A stretch of 64,000 nt of DNA from Synechococcus sp. (GCA_051439425.1 JBFRWD010000123.1:38052-102051), one strand, 5' to 3'. Counted from the stretch's first letter, positions 11,075 through 22,147 are shown. The notes: a model not told the origin generated them from the sequence alone. Numbers and translations: made by a program.

Positions 11075-12718
11075 ATGAAGATTGCATTGCTTCAACTGAA
11101 TCCAATTGTGGGCGATTTGGCTGGAAATGCCGCGCTGATTCAGGCTGGGGTAGAACGGGCGATCGCTGCGGGAGCGGACATTGCAGTCACTTCCGAGTTA
11201 GCTCTGCTGGGGTATCCGCCACGGGATTTGTTGCTAAGACAGGAGTTTGTGGAGCGCGCTGACGAAACGTTGAAGACGCTAGCAAAGGCTCTTCCTAGCA
11301 GGATTGTGGCCATTGTAGGCACGGTCTCCAAAAATAAGGCGGAAGCTGGACGACCGCTATACAACAGCGCGGCCTGGTTAGAGAGGGGAAACATCGCTCG
11401 TATATTCCATAAGCGATTATTGCCCACCTACGATGTCTTTGATGAGGATAGGTACTTTGAGCCGGCTCGGGCTCTCAACTTAGTGGAGTTTCGCGGCGAA
11501 ACCCTCGGGATTAGTATTTGCGAAGACATTTGGAACGATCGCGATTATTGGCAGCATCGGCGTTATGCGATCGACCCCGTCGAAGAAATGGCTAAAGCGG
11601 GGGCTGACGTTGTTATTAATCTATCGGCCTCGCCGTTCAGTGTTGGTAAACAGTCTCTGCGGGTAGACATGATGGGAGCGATCGCCCGCAAGCATCGCCT
11701 GCCACTGCTGTACGTCAATCAGGTGGGTGGCAATGACGACCTCGTGTTTGATGGTGCCAGTTGCGCCTTCGATCGTGATGGCCGGCTCCTAGCAAGCGGT
11801 TCGGCCTTCGAGCCGGATGTTATTATCGTTGACCCTCTTACTCATTCGGGCATTGAGAAAAAAGTCAAAGAGAATTGGGCTCACTCCCCTGTCGAAGAAC
11901 TGTATCGAGCATTGGTTCTGGGAACGCGAGATTACATTCACAAGTGCGGCTTCAAGCAAGTGGTGTTGGGGTTGTCAGGGGGGATTGATTCAGCTGTCAC
12001 AGCCGCGATCGCGACCGAAGCGGTCGGAGCAGAAAATGTCTTGGGAGTCTTGATGCCATCTCCCTACAGCAGTACCGGGAGCATTGATGACTCGGTAGAA
12101 CTAGTCAAGAACTTGGGCATTCAGACCGAGACAATTGCGATCGCACCCATGATGCAAGCGTTTGACAGCGCATTGGCAGAGACATTCATGGGATTGGAGC
12201 CGGGCATTGCTGAAGAGAACCTGCAGTCGCGGATTCGCGGCAATCTGCTGATGGCGATTTCCAATAAATTTGGGCGGCTGCTGCTGACAACGGGAAACAA
12301 ATCGGAGCTGGCAGTCGGTTACTGCACAATTTATGGCGACATGTCGGGAGGCCTGGCGGTGATCTCGGACGTTCCCAAAACTCAGGTGTACGCCCTAGCC
12401 CGATGGATGAATCGAGAACAACCGGTCATTCCCATCTCCACGATTGAAAAACCCCCGTCCGCAGAACTAAAACCCGACCAACAGGATTCCGATAGCCTGC
12501 CCCCCTACGATCTGCTTGACGAAATCTTGCGACTGCATGTGGAAGAGCATTTGGGTTCCACTGCCATCGCTGCGCGAGGATTTGACCTGCAGACGGTTGA
12601 GCGGGTGGTTGCACTCGTTAAGCGGGCTGAATTTAAGCGACGACAGGCCGCCCCCGGATTGCGTGTCACCGATCGCGCGTTTGGGACAGGATGGAGAATG
12701 GCGATTGCTCGCCGCTAA
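11075..12718 (+). CDS. nadE: Glutamine-dependent NAD+ synthetase
   Basis: Nitrilase domain (LPTYDVFDE, ICEDIW) plus synthetase domain (GLSGGIDS, GNKSE, PPSAELKPDQ). Confidence 0.96.
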   Translation: MKIALLQLNPIVGDLAGNAALIQAGVERAIAAGADIAVTSELALLGYPPRDLLLRQEFVERADETLKTLAKALPSRIVAIVGTVSKNKAEAGRPLYNSAAWLERGNIARIFHKRLLPTYDVFDEDRYFEPARALNLVEFRGETLGISICEDIWNDRDYWQHRRYAIDPVEEMAKAGADVVINLSASPFSVGKQSLRVDMMGAIARKHRLPLLYVNQVGGNDDLVFDGASCAFDRDGRLLASGSAFEPDVIIVDPLTHSGIEKKVKENWAHSPVEELYRALVLGTRDYIHKCGFKQVVLGLSGGIDSAVTAAIATEAVGAENVLGVLMPSPYSSTGSIDDSVELVKNLGIQTETIAIAPMMQAFDSALAETFMGLEPGIAEENLQSRIRGNLLMAISNKFGRLLLTTGNKSELAVGYCTIYGDMSGGLAVISDVPKTQVYALARWMNREQPVIPISTIEKPPSAELKPDQQDSDSLPPYDLLDEILRLHVEEHLGSTAIAARGFDLQTVERVVALVKRAEFKRRQAAPGLRVTDRAFGTGWRMAIARR

Positions 12719-12735
12719 TTGGCTCCGCCCACTGC

Positions 12736-12792
12736 TATAGCAATCCGCTGTAAGGTCTAGAGTCGAGAGGCAACTCAAAGCCTGAATTTATA
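12736..12792 (+). repeat. Dispersed MITE-like repeat, family A, truncated copy
   Basis: TATAGCAATCCGCTGTAAGGTCTAGAGTC...CTCAAAGCC matches 39849-39945. Confidence 0.7.
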
Positions 12793-12798
12793 CCGATA

Positions 12799-15666
12799 TC
12801 AACTGGCGTCTTCGGCGATCGGCAAGTGCAATTGAGTCACCGTTCTGCCATCATCTGCTTGATAGATTTCCAGCTCTCCCCCCATATTTGACACCGTTGC
12901 CTGACAAACACTCAGTTCGCGTCCGGGCGACGTTTGCAGCAGAGACACCTCAAATAAAGGTGACAGCCAATCAAACCCACGGTTGTGGTGGTGTAAGTGA
13001 TCGAGTAGTTCCAACAATTCGGAGGACAACGGCTGAGCATTATCAACCAGCGATAATGAGAATCGATCTCCATCCACCTGCCCCCAAATTTCCAGAGGAC
13101 CACCATCTTTGCAGCGCTTGCAAATCAAGCTGATGAGCTCCACCAGAACCATCTCAAGGCGAGCAGCATGGGCAGAAACCGTCACAGTTGCCTCCCCGCG
13201 AACTCTAGGCCAAAGCTTGTATTTCTGCACGAGCGGATCGGCCCTGCGCAGCACGCGACGAATGAGAGTCGCACTTAGAATTCCTGTTCTCTCAGTTGAT
13301 GGTTCCCAATATTCTTGCCCGACTACTTTGAGATCTTTAGGGATCTCAATTATGGTTCGGATGGATTCTTCCTGCTTTTTCCAGTGCTCATCTTTGAGGT
13401 CGGGAATCCCCTTAATCATCCGCTTGAGCTGATAGCGCAAACAAAAGCTGGTGGTAGATAGCTGGCGATGTTTGTACCAATTTAGTTCGGTGAGCGCTCC
13501 TAACCGTTGCAACAGAACCTGTTGGGTCACAATCCGATTGATATTACTGGCAATTGTCCCCCTCAGACTCTCCAGCATCTCTTGCTCTCGCGGTTGCCAT
13601 TGTCGAGACACATCATCTCCTATCACCAGTAAACAATTCGGCAAGTAAGGGCTCGGCCGATGATCGACTGCAATAGACATTAATTGTCCCAATGACGCAG
13701 CATCCAGCCACTTTCGACTGCTTTCATGCAAGTCAGCCCCTTTGAGGAGTAGTGGAGCAGCAGACTGAAGACTCCACTGAATCAAAGCATCTCCTTCGAC
13801 AAGAATTGACGGATTCGTAGACGCAAGTTGAAAGTCTTCTGTAGTCTGCAAGGCATTAAGTGTCGCCACCGTAGAGCCACTATCAGCAGAGGAATCAAGC
13901 CAAGACAGCACTGCAGCAAAGGGAACGGAAAACAGCTGCTTGAGGTGAACGGCAACCGTATCAAACAAAACTGGCAAGTCACGCGCATCGTTGAGTTCGA
14001 CCAGAGCCACTCCTAAACGCTGTTGCATTTGGGCCTGAGTAATCGCACTATCGCGCAGTTGCCATTGGCGAAACACAACCCCCACTTGTCGGGCCACTAG
14101 CATCAGGAATTGACGATCCTCTCGGTGCCAGCCTCGGGGTTGAGGGCTAACAACTACCACAATCCCCTCTGGATCGACAGTCTCCAAATCTCGCTCTGAT
14201 GTAACGGTGATGGCAGTGGTGCGAGCGGCCAGAATCGAACGAACACCGACTGGTGCCAATGCCTCTTGCCATGCTGTCAGACGCAGATCTTCAGGGTAGC
14301 TCTCAGCGGCGATCGCCTTGTCTTCACAGAGCAAATCCTCCAGATCTCGACCAGTCAAAGGGGGAAAATAATCTGGAAAGGAGAGCGCGGGATCGCTACT
14401 GTAAGCAATCCGAACTCGATAACCCGATACATCGCTTGCCGTTTGCAACATCAAACAGGCCGTAGCTTCCATACGGAAGCAAAGCTCTTGAGCAATTTGC
14501 TTCAGAGCAGCATTCCAATCGGTTTGAGCGTAAATAGTCTGAGCCACTTGGGTCGTGAGTTGGCTATCTTGCTTGATCCGCTCCAAGGTTTGTTCGAGCA
14601 CTTCTAATGGAGCAGCCAAGGCCATAAATTGCACCACTCCAACCACCAAGGTTTGCTCCACCTCTGACCAAGACCGGAGATAGTCAGACTCTAACGATAC
14701 AAAGCCCAACAGCTCCCCCTCGAACAGGACAGGTACCAGCATGACCGACCGGCAATTGAGCAACTGTAGGGTGCGAGCATTGATCGGGAGCCTGCCGGAT
14801 AACCCCGCTTCTCCAACCATGACCAACCGACCTTCCACCAGACTGGAAAAGGTGGGCTCTAATTCGCGGGCTGTAAAGGTTGGTCCCGATACACTATGGT
14901 CACTCTCCGAAACTTTTGCTCCCGGTTTTAGCGGAGCTTGGCGAGTGGACCAACGTGGGGCAAATTCATTAAATTGCCGATCCAGCCAAAATACGCGAAC
15001 TTGCTTGACTTCTACAAATGCCTGGATCTGAGAGATGGCTGCTTTGGCACGCTCGTCAAAAGACTCAAAGTTGCGCATGGCGGTGCCCAGCGCCACAAGC
15101 GGAATGTCAGCTTGCTTTTGTTCTTGATGAAGCCTGCGTTCTCGTATTAACTGCAGCGCAGAGGCCATTTGGCCATTGAGAATCCCTAAAATCGCCACCT
15201 CTTCATCGCTCGCTGTGCCCCCCCACAATTGCGATCCCATCATCAGTACTCCCAGACAGCGATCGCCATAGCGAATCGGAATCAGCAAACATCCAACGAT
15301 TCCCAATCGCTTCGCCTCATCCTGCCAGGGCCCCATGCGAGATTCTTGTGGAACATCGGGAACGGCAATCTTGCGTTGTTCGATCGCCACTTGTTCGAGA
15401 ATTTGTCCCGGTTCGAGGGATATCGCTTTATCTAGGAGCGAGCAGTTGGGGACTAATGACGTCCCTCCCTGTCCGACTAACTGGTGTTGCTGAGAGTCGT
15501 AGAAGGCAATCCAAACAAGAGGGGCGTCAAAGGTTGAGGCAATAAAATCCAGACAGAGTTGAACCACCTCTTCCGAACTGTTACTGTCCCGTATCTGTCG
15601 CAGCACGCCATCGAGCGTTACAAATGGGGATTCATATGCACTTTCTAGAGTTGTCGGCTGAACCAT
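12799..15666 (-). CDS. Multi-GAF protein with degenerate histidine-kinase-like C-terminus
   Basis: About four GAF-like units (LLIPI...LGVL...W; MLVPV...LGFV...RSW); HATPase-like tail MGGEL...TQLHLP; start uncertain. Confidence 0.8.
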   Translation of the reverse strand: MVQPTTLESAYESPFVTLDGVLRQIRDSNSSEEVVQLCLDFIASTFDAPLVWIAFYDSQQHQLVGQGGTSLVPNCSLLDKAISLEPGQILEQVAIEQRKIAVPDVPQESRMGPWQDEAKRLGIVGCLLIPIRYGDRCLGVLMMGSQLWGGTASDEEVAILGILNGQMASALQLIRERRLHQEQKQADIPLVALGTAMRNFESFDERAKAAISQIQAFVEVKQVRVFWLDRQFNEFAPRWSTRQAPLKPGAKVSESDHSVSGPTFTARELEPTFSSLVEGRLVMVGEAGLSGRLPINARTLQLLNCRSVMLVPVLFEGELLGFVSLESDYLRSWSEVEQTLVVGVVQFMALAAPLEVLEQTLERIKQDSQLTTQVAQTIYAQTDWNAALKQIAQELCFRMEATACLMLQTASDVSGYRVRIAYSSDPALSFPDYFPPLTGRDLEDLLCEDKAIAAESYPEDLRLTAWQEALAPVGVRSILAARTTAITVTSERDLETVDPEGIVVVVSPQPRGWHREDRQFLMLVARQVGVVFRQWQLRDSAITQAQMQQRLGVALVELNDARDLPVLFDTVAVHLKQLFSVPFAAVLSWLDSSADSGSTVATLNALQTTEDFQLASTNPSILVEGDALIQWSLQSAAPLLLKGADLHESSRKWLDAASLGQLMSIAVDHRPSPYLPNCLLVIGDDVSRQWQPREQEMLESLRGTIASNINRIVTQQVLLQRLGALTELNWYKHRQLSTTSFCLRYQLKRMIKGIPDLKDEHWKKQEESIRTIIEIPKDLKVVGQEYWEPSTERTGILSATLIRRVLRRADPLVQKYKLWPRVRGEATVTVSAHAARLEMVLVELISLICKRCKDGGPLEIWGQVDGDRFSLSLVDNAQPLSSELLELLDHLHHHNRGFDWLSPLFEVSLLQTSPGRELSVCQATVSNMGGELEIYQADDGRTVTQLHLPIAEDAS

Positions 15667-15792
15667 AACACTGCAGAGCGGTGGATTGCGGACACCAGCT
15701 ACAGTCAAAGACTTGAGCGTCAAAGGTTGACTGGCGCTGGATGCACACAGAGTACCCATCCTGTAAACGGGGCCACACATTGAGCACTGCAC

Positions 15793-15852
15793 AACCTGAG
15801 TTTAGTAGTCCTCATCCCCAACCCTTATCCCACATTTCTAGAAGGGAGCAAT
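15793..15852 (+). repeat. Dispersed MITE-like repeat, family B, partial copy
   Basis: AACCTGAGTT...CCCCAACCCTTATCCC...AGGGAGCAA resembles the left ends of the 6642 and 37424 copies. Confidence 0.45.
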
Positions 15853-16025
15853 CAGACTTGGAACCAGACAAAGCAAGGGCCTAATTCACAATTCATCCAT
15901 TAAGTGCCCGGTCGCCAGAAAAGACTGTATGTATCTTGAAGAAAAAACGGCTAAATCCACAGAGTTAGAGTGTGGTTGTTTTCAATCAAAGAATTACTAG
16001 AGACTTTCAATCGATTTAAGGATCG

Positions 16026-16832
16026 CTATATCGCCTGTGAATGGTATTGGTTGAGGTAATTCCCATTGGTTTCCATCAGCTTTGATATCACCGTCATGAA
16101 GCTTCGATCACTTAACGTTATACCCAAAAATTCACGATCGAGGAACGAGAGACATAAATTGGCAGCATACATATTGTATTTAAATCGATTCATATATGAG
16201 CGAACAACACCTGTAAAATCTGAAACAATTGCTTGTGTTAAGATAGGGCTAAACAAACCTACGGCTTTGATTTTATCAATCGGGAACTGTGAATTTAAAA
16301 CCGTCAGAAACTTTGTCCCAACAGAAGTGTGAGATAGATTTCGATCTTGTTTGACAATTTCATGACAAGCATGGATGTAAAACTCAGTTAGGCTGGTTTC
16401 CTTTGAGAGCAGCATGACTGAGTTATTGACTTTCTGGGTATACCCAAGTTGATTGTTTGAAACAGGGTGCAGCCATAGCTCTCGACAAAATGCATAGCCT
16501 TCCTGCTTGGGGAGCTGAAAGTCTTGAGGAGAAAAAACAAGAACATCAGCATCAATCCAAATAGCGCGATCGTATCCTTTTGAAAATAATTCCTTTGCTA
16601 AGACGACACGAGAGAGATCGGAAACAAGATGGATTTGATTCTGGACTCGCTGTCGATACCAATCTGGAGAATATTCGAACAGCTCATCACCAACAAATAA
16701 GTAATCAAAACCATTGATTTCAGACCAGTGTTTAACCGAATCCATACAAATATGAATCCAGTCAGGAACGTTGTCGGTTCTGAATGACTGATAGACAATC
16801 GTTGTTTTCACTGGCTTTTCAAACTCTTGCAT
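16026..16832 (-). CDS. Hypothetical protein with glycosyltransferase-like DxD motif
   Basis: SDLSR...AIWIDADVL; visibly AT-rich. Confidence 0.65.
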   Translation of the reverse strand: MQEFEKPVKTTIVYQSFRTDNVPDWIHICMDSVKHWSEINGFDYLFVGDELFEYSPDWYRQRVQNQIHLVSDLSRVVLAKELFSKGYDRAIWIDADVLVFSPQDFQLPKQEGYAFCRELWLHPVSNNQLGYTQKVNNSVMLLSKETSLTEFYIHACHEIVKQDRNLSHTSVGTKFLTVLNSQFPIDKIKAVGLFSPILTQAIVSDFTGVVRSYMNRFKYNMYAANLCLSFLDREFLGITLSDRSFMTVISKLMETNGNYLNQYHSQAI

Positions 16833-17118
16833 CTAGTGGGTACCCATAGAAAAATAGAGGTCAATTCATGTTGCATACCGATGAAAGGGCAACGCTGGAT
16901 TTTCGGATCGCAGTATTTTTCAACACAACTACAAACAAATGTCTGAGAAATTGAAGATCGCATCATGCGAGTGCCAAAAGTAAACCGAGCACTAGAAATC
17001 GCTCGGCTTACCCCCGTAACAGCCTATCAACGTAGAAGTGAAGATCAATCCCCCTTTCTAACTTGCCGTAATGCATTCATTCGCTGCAGGTATATCTTTT
17101 CGTCAGCCAGACAAGTCT

Positions 17119-18165
17119 CTAGCTGCCAAACAAATCTCCAATCGGAGTTCCGGGAGCCACATTTTGGTAGTTACTCCCCGTCCCCCGAGAAGTCCAGTGG
17201 TCGGTAATGGCTGTGTATGCCTCCACTGGGAGACCAATGTAGCCAACATTGGCGGACAATTCAGCCGCATTTTCCAAGTAATAGTCAACAAATGCAGCCA
17301 CTTGAGGCTTGTCGGCGGCTGAAGCCATACTCACATAGATGAACAGAGGGCGAGCGAGAGGAACGTAGGTGCCATTTTCAACAGTCTCGGCAGACGGAAC
17401 AACACACCCATCACCTCCATCAATTCCCACCACATTGAGAATCTCTTTATTCTCTTCGTAAAACGCCAGGCCAAAGAAACCCAATCCACCTTCGTTACCC
17501 GCAACACCGGTAACAATCACGTTGTCGTCTTCACTGGGGGTGAAATCTGCTCGAATATCGTCTTCATCCAAGATGGCTTCGTTGAAATAGTCGAACGTAC
17601 CGGAATCTACGCCTGGTGCGTATAAGGACAATGGAACATCGGGGAAGCCAGTTCCTTCGATATCCGCCCAACTGTTAACTTCACCCTCTGCATCAGAATT
17701 CCAGACAAAATTAAGTTGCTCGGTAGTCAAGCACTGGGCAAATTCATTGTCATTTGAGGTAACAACCGCCAGGCCGTCGAACGCCACCGGTATTTCAATA
17801 AATTCGATTCCATTCGAGGCACAGGCGTCGATTTCGCTCTGTTTGATGGGACGGGAAGCGTTGGAAATATCAGTTTCTCCCACACAGAATTTTGTGAATC
17901 CTCCCCCACTACCACTGGTGCCCACCGATACGTTCACTCCAGATTCAACGGATTGGAAACTTTCTGCAGCAGCGATTGTGACGGGACCAACAGTACTAGA
18001 GCCATCGGCAAGCACGTCACCAGACAACGCTCCACCGGATTCTGTTGAAGATGTGCTGTCGGTTGTTGACGTCGGTTGACTGCCACCGCAAGCTGTAAGG
18101 AGCGCTCCTAGGGATAGAGCCAAGATTGACAGGGATACGTTAGAGTTCATCGGTTTTTCATTCAC
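17119..18165 (-). CDS. pstS: Phosphate ABC transporter substrate-binding lipoprotein
   Basis: Lipobox LTAC, DGSSTV, GSGGGF, ASRPIK, SGTFDYF, YVPLARPLFIY. Confidence 0.93.
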   Translation of the reverse strand: MNEKPMNSNVSLSILALSLGALLTACGGSQPTSTTDSTSSTESGGALSGDVLADGSSTVGPVTIAAAESFQSVESGVNVSVGTSGSGGGFTKFCVGETDISNASRPIKQSEIDACASNGIEFIEIPVAFDGLAVVTSNDNEFAQCLTTEQLNFVWNSDAEGEVNSWADIEGTGFPDVPLSLYAPGVDSGTFDYFNEAILDEDDIRADFTPSEDDNVIVTGVAGNEGGLGFFGLAFYEENKEILNVVGIDGGDGCVVPSAETVENGTYVPLARPLFIYVSMASAADKPQVAAFVDYYLENAAELSANVGYIGLPVEAYTAITDHWTSRGTGSNYQNVAPGTPIGDLFGS

Positions 18166-18399
18166 CTAGCACTGAAGGATTGACCTGCCAACTCAGGCAA
18201 CTTGCGATGACTGCAGATGTGTTGCACCACTTTGGAGAACAATGACCGGCATATCGTTCGCTCGGCTGACAGCAAACCGGAGCAGAACTCGGACAATCTA
18301 ACACCTAATAAACTCAATTTTGTTTCATTTCACCAGATGCTGAGTTGTCAGAAAAAGCAATGCAAGAACACCGGAAATCCTCAGCCACGCGTTCCACTC

Positions 18400-19857
18400 T
18401 CACTGGCGACGATCACGATTGGGATCGAACAGTCGAGGAAACACCACCAGCATCTGGGTTACTTCTTCGAACAAGCGGTCAGCAACAACGGCATTCCCCT
18501 CATCGGTCAAACTATCCGGACTGTAAAAGGCTGCACCATCCATCTCGCTCATCTCTCCATAAAGACCGATCGCTGTTGCTCGATCGGACCCCTGTGCCAC
18601 TTCTTGCGCCACTGCCTCCAGATGCTCGAAGAGATCTGGCATGACAGTTCGATAGGTATTTCCCAGTCCCAAGGCGATCGCCCGCTCTGTGGAACTTAGC
18701 ACCTGCGGGTCGCGTCCGGTTAGCTCTGGCTGAACTACAATCAATAGCTCTCTGTTCATCCCGGAGGTGAGCTGTACCAGTTGCTCTAGAGACTGTTGAT
18801 ATCGATCGAGACGCTGCCGTTGTTCGGCGTCATCCTTTGGAACGCGAACAATTGAAATACCATCTTCCGAGGCATCGACCTGAGAATTTGTTTCGCGAGC
18901 TGTTTCGGGATAAAAGGCAAATTGATTCACCCCAAGGAACGATCGCCATTCTGGCTCTGGCTCGGAACTCAACACGTAGTAGCCAAATCCACGCACCAGG
19001 GTCAAGGTCCTAAACCATTCCTTCAACTCTAGCCAAGCTAGCCGGCCCATTCCCCGCTGTGAAGCAACTGCCAAGCGTTCAATATCAACCCCTTCGGCTC
19101 CCCAGCGATCGCTCGGTAACATGACGTCTGCATAGCCATTGAGAACCACCACAATATCGGGTTCGTATGCCGCCACGTGTTGCAGGTACCCAACCAGCTC
19201 GTTACTGGATGCATATCCCGGAACTGCGGCATTGATAACCCGATAGTTACCAGTTCGGATGCGCGGAGGCAAGGCTAAAACCTCCGAAACGCGATCGGCA
19301 AAAAACGGCAGTCGTTCGGGCTGGAATTCATCAGGAGCCTCTTGCTGACGGGCCACCCGCTGGTTGAGTAGAGTCTCCAACTGTTCGGCAATCGTGGAAC
19401 TGTTCGTCGAACTGAACTGACCAAACGCAGCCGAACCACCCAGTAACGCAATTCGAATTTCTCCGTCGGGCGTCTCTACCGCAATCTCGTCATCATCGCG
19501 AAATCCGCTGCTGTTGATACTCCAATAGTCCGTGCGGCGATCGGGCATCAGGCGATAGCCCAACTGGGGATGGTAGGTTGCCATTAGCTGACCAGGCCGT
19601 CTATCTGGCGTAACAGTCAGACCTTGAGGTGTGCGAGTATCCAGACGGTAAGCCGTAACGATTCCAGGCTCGTCAATCTGCGTAAAGTCTTCCGAAACTC
19701 CAGACACTCCAGCCAAAAGACGGGCAAAGCATTCGAGAGCGATCGGAATGCTGAGCACGATCAACACACCGAGCGCCACCCTCAAGGCAAGAGTGCGGCG
19801 GCGACGAGAAGGAGGCAGGCGGTCATGCCGCCGCAATTGTCTGGGTCGGTAGGACAT
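18400..19857 (-). CDS. SGNH/GDSL hydrolase family membrane-anchored protein
   Basis: N-terminal TM helix, INSSGFR, LLGGSAAFG, VINAAVPGY, NGYAD. Confidence 0.8.
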   Translation of the reverse strand: MSYRPRQLRRHDRLPPSRRRRTLALRVALGVLIVLSIPIALECFARLLAGVSGVSEDFTQIDEPGIVTAYRLDTRTPQGLTVTPDRRPGQLMATYHPQLGYRLMPDRRTDYWSINSSGFRDDDEIAVETPDGEIRIALLGGSAAFGQFSSTNSSTIAEQLETLLNQRVARQQEAPDEFQPERLPFFADRVSEVLALPPRIRTGNYRVINAAVPGYASSNELVGYLQHVAAYEPDIVVVLNGYADVMLPSDRWGAEGVDIERLAVASQRGMGRLAWLELKEWFRTLTLVRGFGYYVLSSEPEPEWRSFLGVNQFAFYPETARETNSQVDASEDGISIVRVPKDDAEQRQRLDRYQQSLEQLVQLTSGMNRELLIVVQPELTGRDPQVLSSTERAIALGLGNTYRTVMPDLFEHLEAVAQEVAQGSDRATAIGLYGEMSEMDGAAFYSPDSLTDEGNAVVADRLFEEVTQMLVVFPRLFDPNRDRRQ

Positions 19858-20080
19858 AACCCTCAGAAAGATCCCATTCAGCGTGGCAGCATGAACGAAG
19901 TAGAAGGGGAACTGTTATCAATGTAGAGATCTCTTGTCAACCTCAGGACAGACTGATATCCACGTCGGATCGACACGATATCTTTAGGACAAATCAACTA
20001 GCATCCGGCTACGTTTCGCTTCATACTGTCGTCGTTCCACCCCGGCAATAGTATTACCGCCAGGATACCCGGCCCCCCTC

Positions 20081-21580
20081 ATGAATTGGATTACCATCCC
20101 AGATCGTCCCCATTATTGGTTGCGACGGGCAAATGTGCCTGTCACCCTTCTGGCTGAGAGCGATCGGGCTGTGCTTTCGCTATCTGCAACGGAAGAAGGC
20201 CTAGCGTTAGTTGATATCCAAATTTCAGAAGGAAGAGTGACCCAGATCCAGCCGCACGCTTCACAGAGTTCCTCAAGTCTACAGTCAGCCAACTCAGTCT
20301 ATTCGTCTGCCCAGTTCAATTCATCAGAAACGGTAAGCTCCTCTACCAACAGTGCCGAGATAGTCACGGTCGATCTAAGAAAGGGAATGGTGTGGCCGTG
20401 CTTTGTGGACTTACATACCCACCTCGACAAAGGACACATTTGGCCGCGCACCCCTAACCCCGACGGCAGGTTTTTGACAGCACTTGAACGCGCCAGAGCC
20501 GATCGCGACAACTATTGGACTCCCGAAGATCTCTATCGCCGCATGGAATTTGGCCTCAAATGCAGTTACGTTCACGGCACGGCTGTCGTTAGAACCCACC
20601 TCGATTCGTTCAAAGGTCGGGCCGCCACAAGCTGGCAGGTCTTTCATCAGCTCAAACAAGCGTGGCACTCCAACATCGAATTACAGGCAGTCTCCATTCA
20701 TCCTCTAGATGTTTACCTGACACCCGATGGGGAAGCTCTCGCTGATTTAGTCGCAGAATCTGGGGGACTGTTGGGAGGTGTACCGCAGATGGGGCCAAAC
20801 TTAGAGCAAGCTTGCGATCGCCTATTCAAGCTAGCTAAGGAACGCGATTTAGACATCGATCTTCACGTTGACGAAAGTGGAGATCCGAACGACATCACCT
20901 TGCAATATGTCGCTCGGGCCGCGATTCAACATGGATTCGAAGGTCGAGTTCTATGCGGACACTGCTGCAGCTTAGCAATCCAACCATCCGGTACCGTTCG
21001 CGATACTCTTCAACTCGTTGCAGACGCTGGCATTGGAGTGGTCAGTTTGCCTCAATGCAATCTATATCTCCAAGATCGCTATCAATCAGCTACGCGGTCG
21101 CTCCTGACCTCGACATCTACAAAGCCCGCTCTCTTGCAGTTAGAAGGCGGTCAGACCCCTCGCTGGAGGGGAGTTACCTTATTGCACGAACTGAGCCAAG
21201 CAGGTGTTCCCGTTGCTGTTGCCAGCGACAACTGTCGCGATCCCTTTCACGCTTTCGGAGACCACGACATGCTGGAGGTATTCGCCTGGGCAACTCGCAT
21301 CGCTCACTTCGATATGCCCTACGGCAGTTGGCCTGCAGCTGTCACGCTGACTCCCGCTCAGCTATCCGGTACCAAACACAGCGGTGCCATAGGGGTGGGC
21401 CACTCAGCAAATCTGGTGATGTTTCGCGGACGGAATTTCAGCGAGTTGCTATCTCGCCAGCAGAGCGATCGCGTGGTGTTGCGTAACGGTCAGGTCATTT
21501 CCGCTTCGTTACCCCCCTATGAAGACCTGGACGATCTGATGCAAAGCCCTCGCCCCGTCCGTACTCAAAGAGTTCTTTAG
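20081..21580 (+). CDS. codA: Cytosine deaminase (amidohydrolase)
   Basis: DLHTHLDKGH, RTHLD, DLHVDES, GHCCSL, SDNCRDPF. Confidence 0.9.
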   Translation: MNWITIPDRPHYWLRRANVPVTLLAESDRAVLSLSATEEGLALVDIQISEGRVTQIQPHASQSSSSLQSANSVYSSAQFNSSETVSSSTNSAEIVTVDLRKGMVWPCFVDLHTHLDKGHIWPRTPNPDGRFLTALERARADRDNYWTPEDLYRRMEFGLKCSYVHGTAVVRTHLDSFKGRAATSWQVFHQLKQAWHSNIELQAVSIHPLDVYLTPDGEALADLVAESGGLLGGVPQMGPNLEQACDRLFKLAKERDLDIDLHVDESGDPNDITLQYVARAAIQHGFEGRVLCGHCCSLAIQPSGTVRDTLQLVADAGIGVVSLPQCNLYLQDRYQSATRSLLTSTSTKPALLQLEGGQTPRWRGVTLLHELSQAGVPVAVASDNCRDPFHAFGDHDMLEVFAWATRIAHFDMPYGSWPAAVTLTPAQLSGTKHSGAIGVGHSANLVMFRGRNFSELLSRQQSDRVVLRNGQVISASLPPYEDLDDLMQSPRPVRTQRVL

Positions 21581-21623
21581 ATAAGAGTTAAGCTCGTCAC
21601 CTTCACTTGTGGAGTCGCAGGGA

Positions 21624-22028
21624 TCAGCGAGTCGTGCATACCCAGCGGGTAATAGTGCATCCTTTTCCAAACTGATTGCAAGATTCCAGCGCATATTGCT
21701 CGGCTATAGCGCGCTCGCTACCCCAGCCGCTCCCAAATGCCCCGTCTGCTTCGGCAAGAGCGCCGCAGGCATTCCGGAACCAAATCAGCACGTAGCAATC
21801 GCCGCTCCGAGACGTATTTTCACATTCATTAAGTGCTCGGTTCTCAGCCCCAGCACGGGTGTCGTAATCAAAGGAAAAGGCGTGAGTTCTTGTGGTTTCA
21901 GAATAAGAAATTGCCCCATAGTATTGAGCGCGTGCTTCGGGCGCGGGAGCAAAGGCAAGAACCTGAAGTCCCAGAACCGCCACCGCCAATAATTTCAATC
22001 TGGGAACTATCGTCAATTCAAACATCAC
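21624..22028 (-). CDS. DUF4189-like secreted protein
   Basis: Signal peptide, YGAISYS, Cys pattern, WFRNACGALA, C-terminal WVCT. Confidence 0.85.
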   Translation of the reverse strand: MMFELTIVPRLKLLAVAVLGLQVLAFAPAPEARAQYYGAISYSETTRTHAFSFDYDTRAGAENRALNECENTSRSGDCYVLIWFRNACGALAEADGAFGSGWGSERAIAEQYALESCNQFGKGCTITRWVCTTR

Positions 22029-22147
22029 TCAAGCTTGGGAAACTGTGTCATGGAACCCATCGCCTCGACAGAATTGTACCCGCAATTATTAGGCTGCTTC
22101 TTGGCCAAAACGGCCTCTCATCTCAAAAAACTTGAAACATCCAACTG

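Noticed and set aside
18166..18399. Pho box upstream of pstS
   Set aside because: No convincing 11-bp-spaced PyTTAAPyPy repeats
20250..21150. Insertions in codA as inteins
   Set aside because: Short Ser/Thr-rich loops without intein terminal motifs
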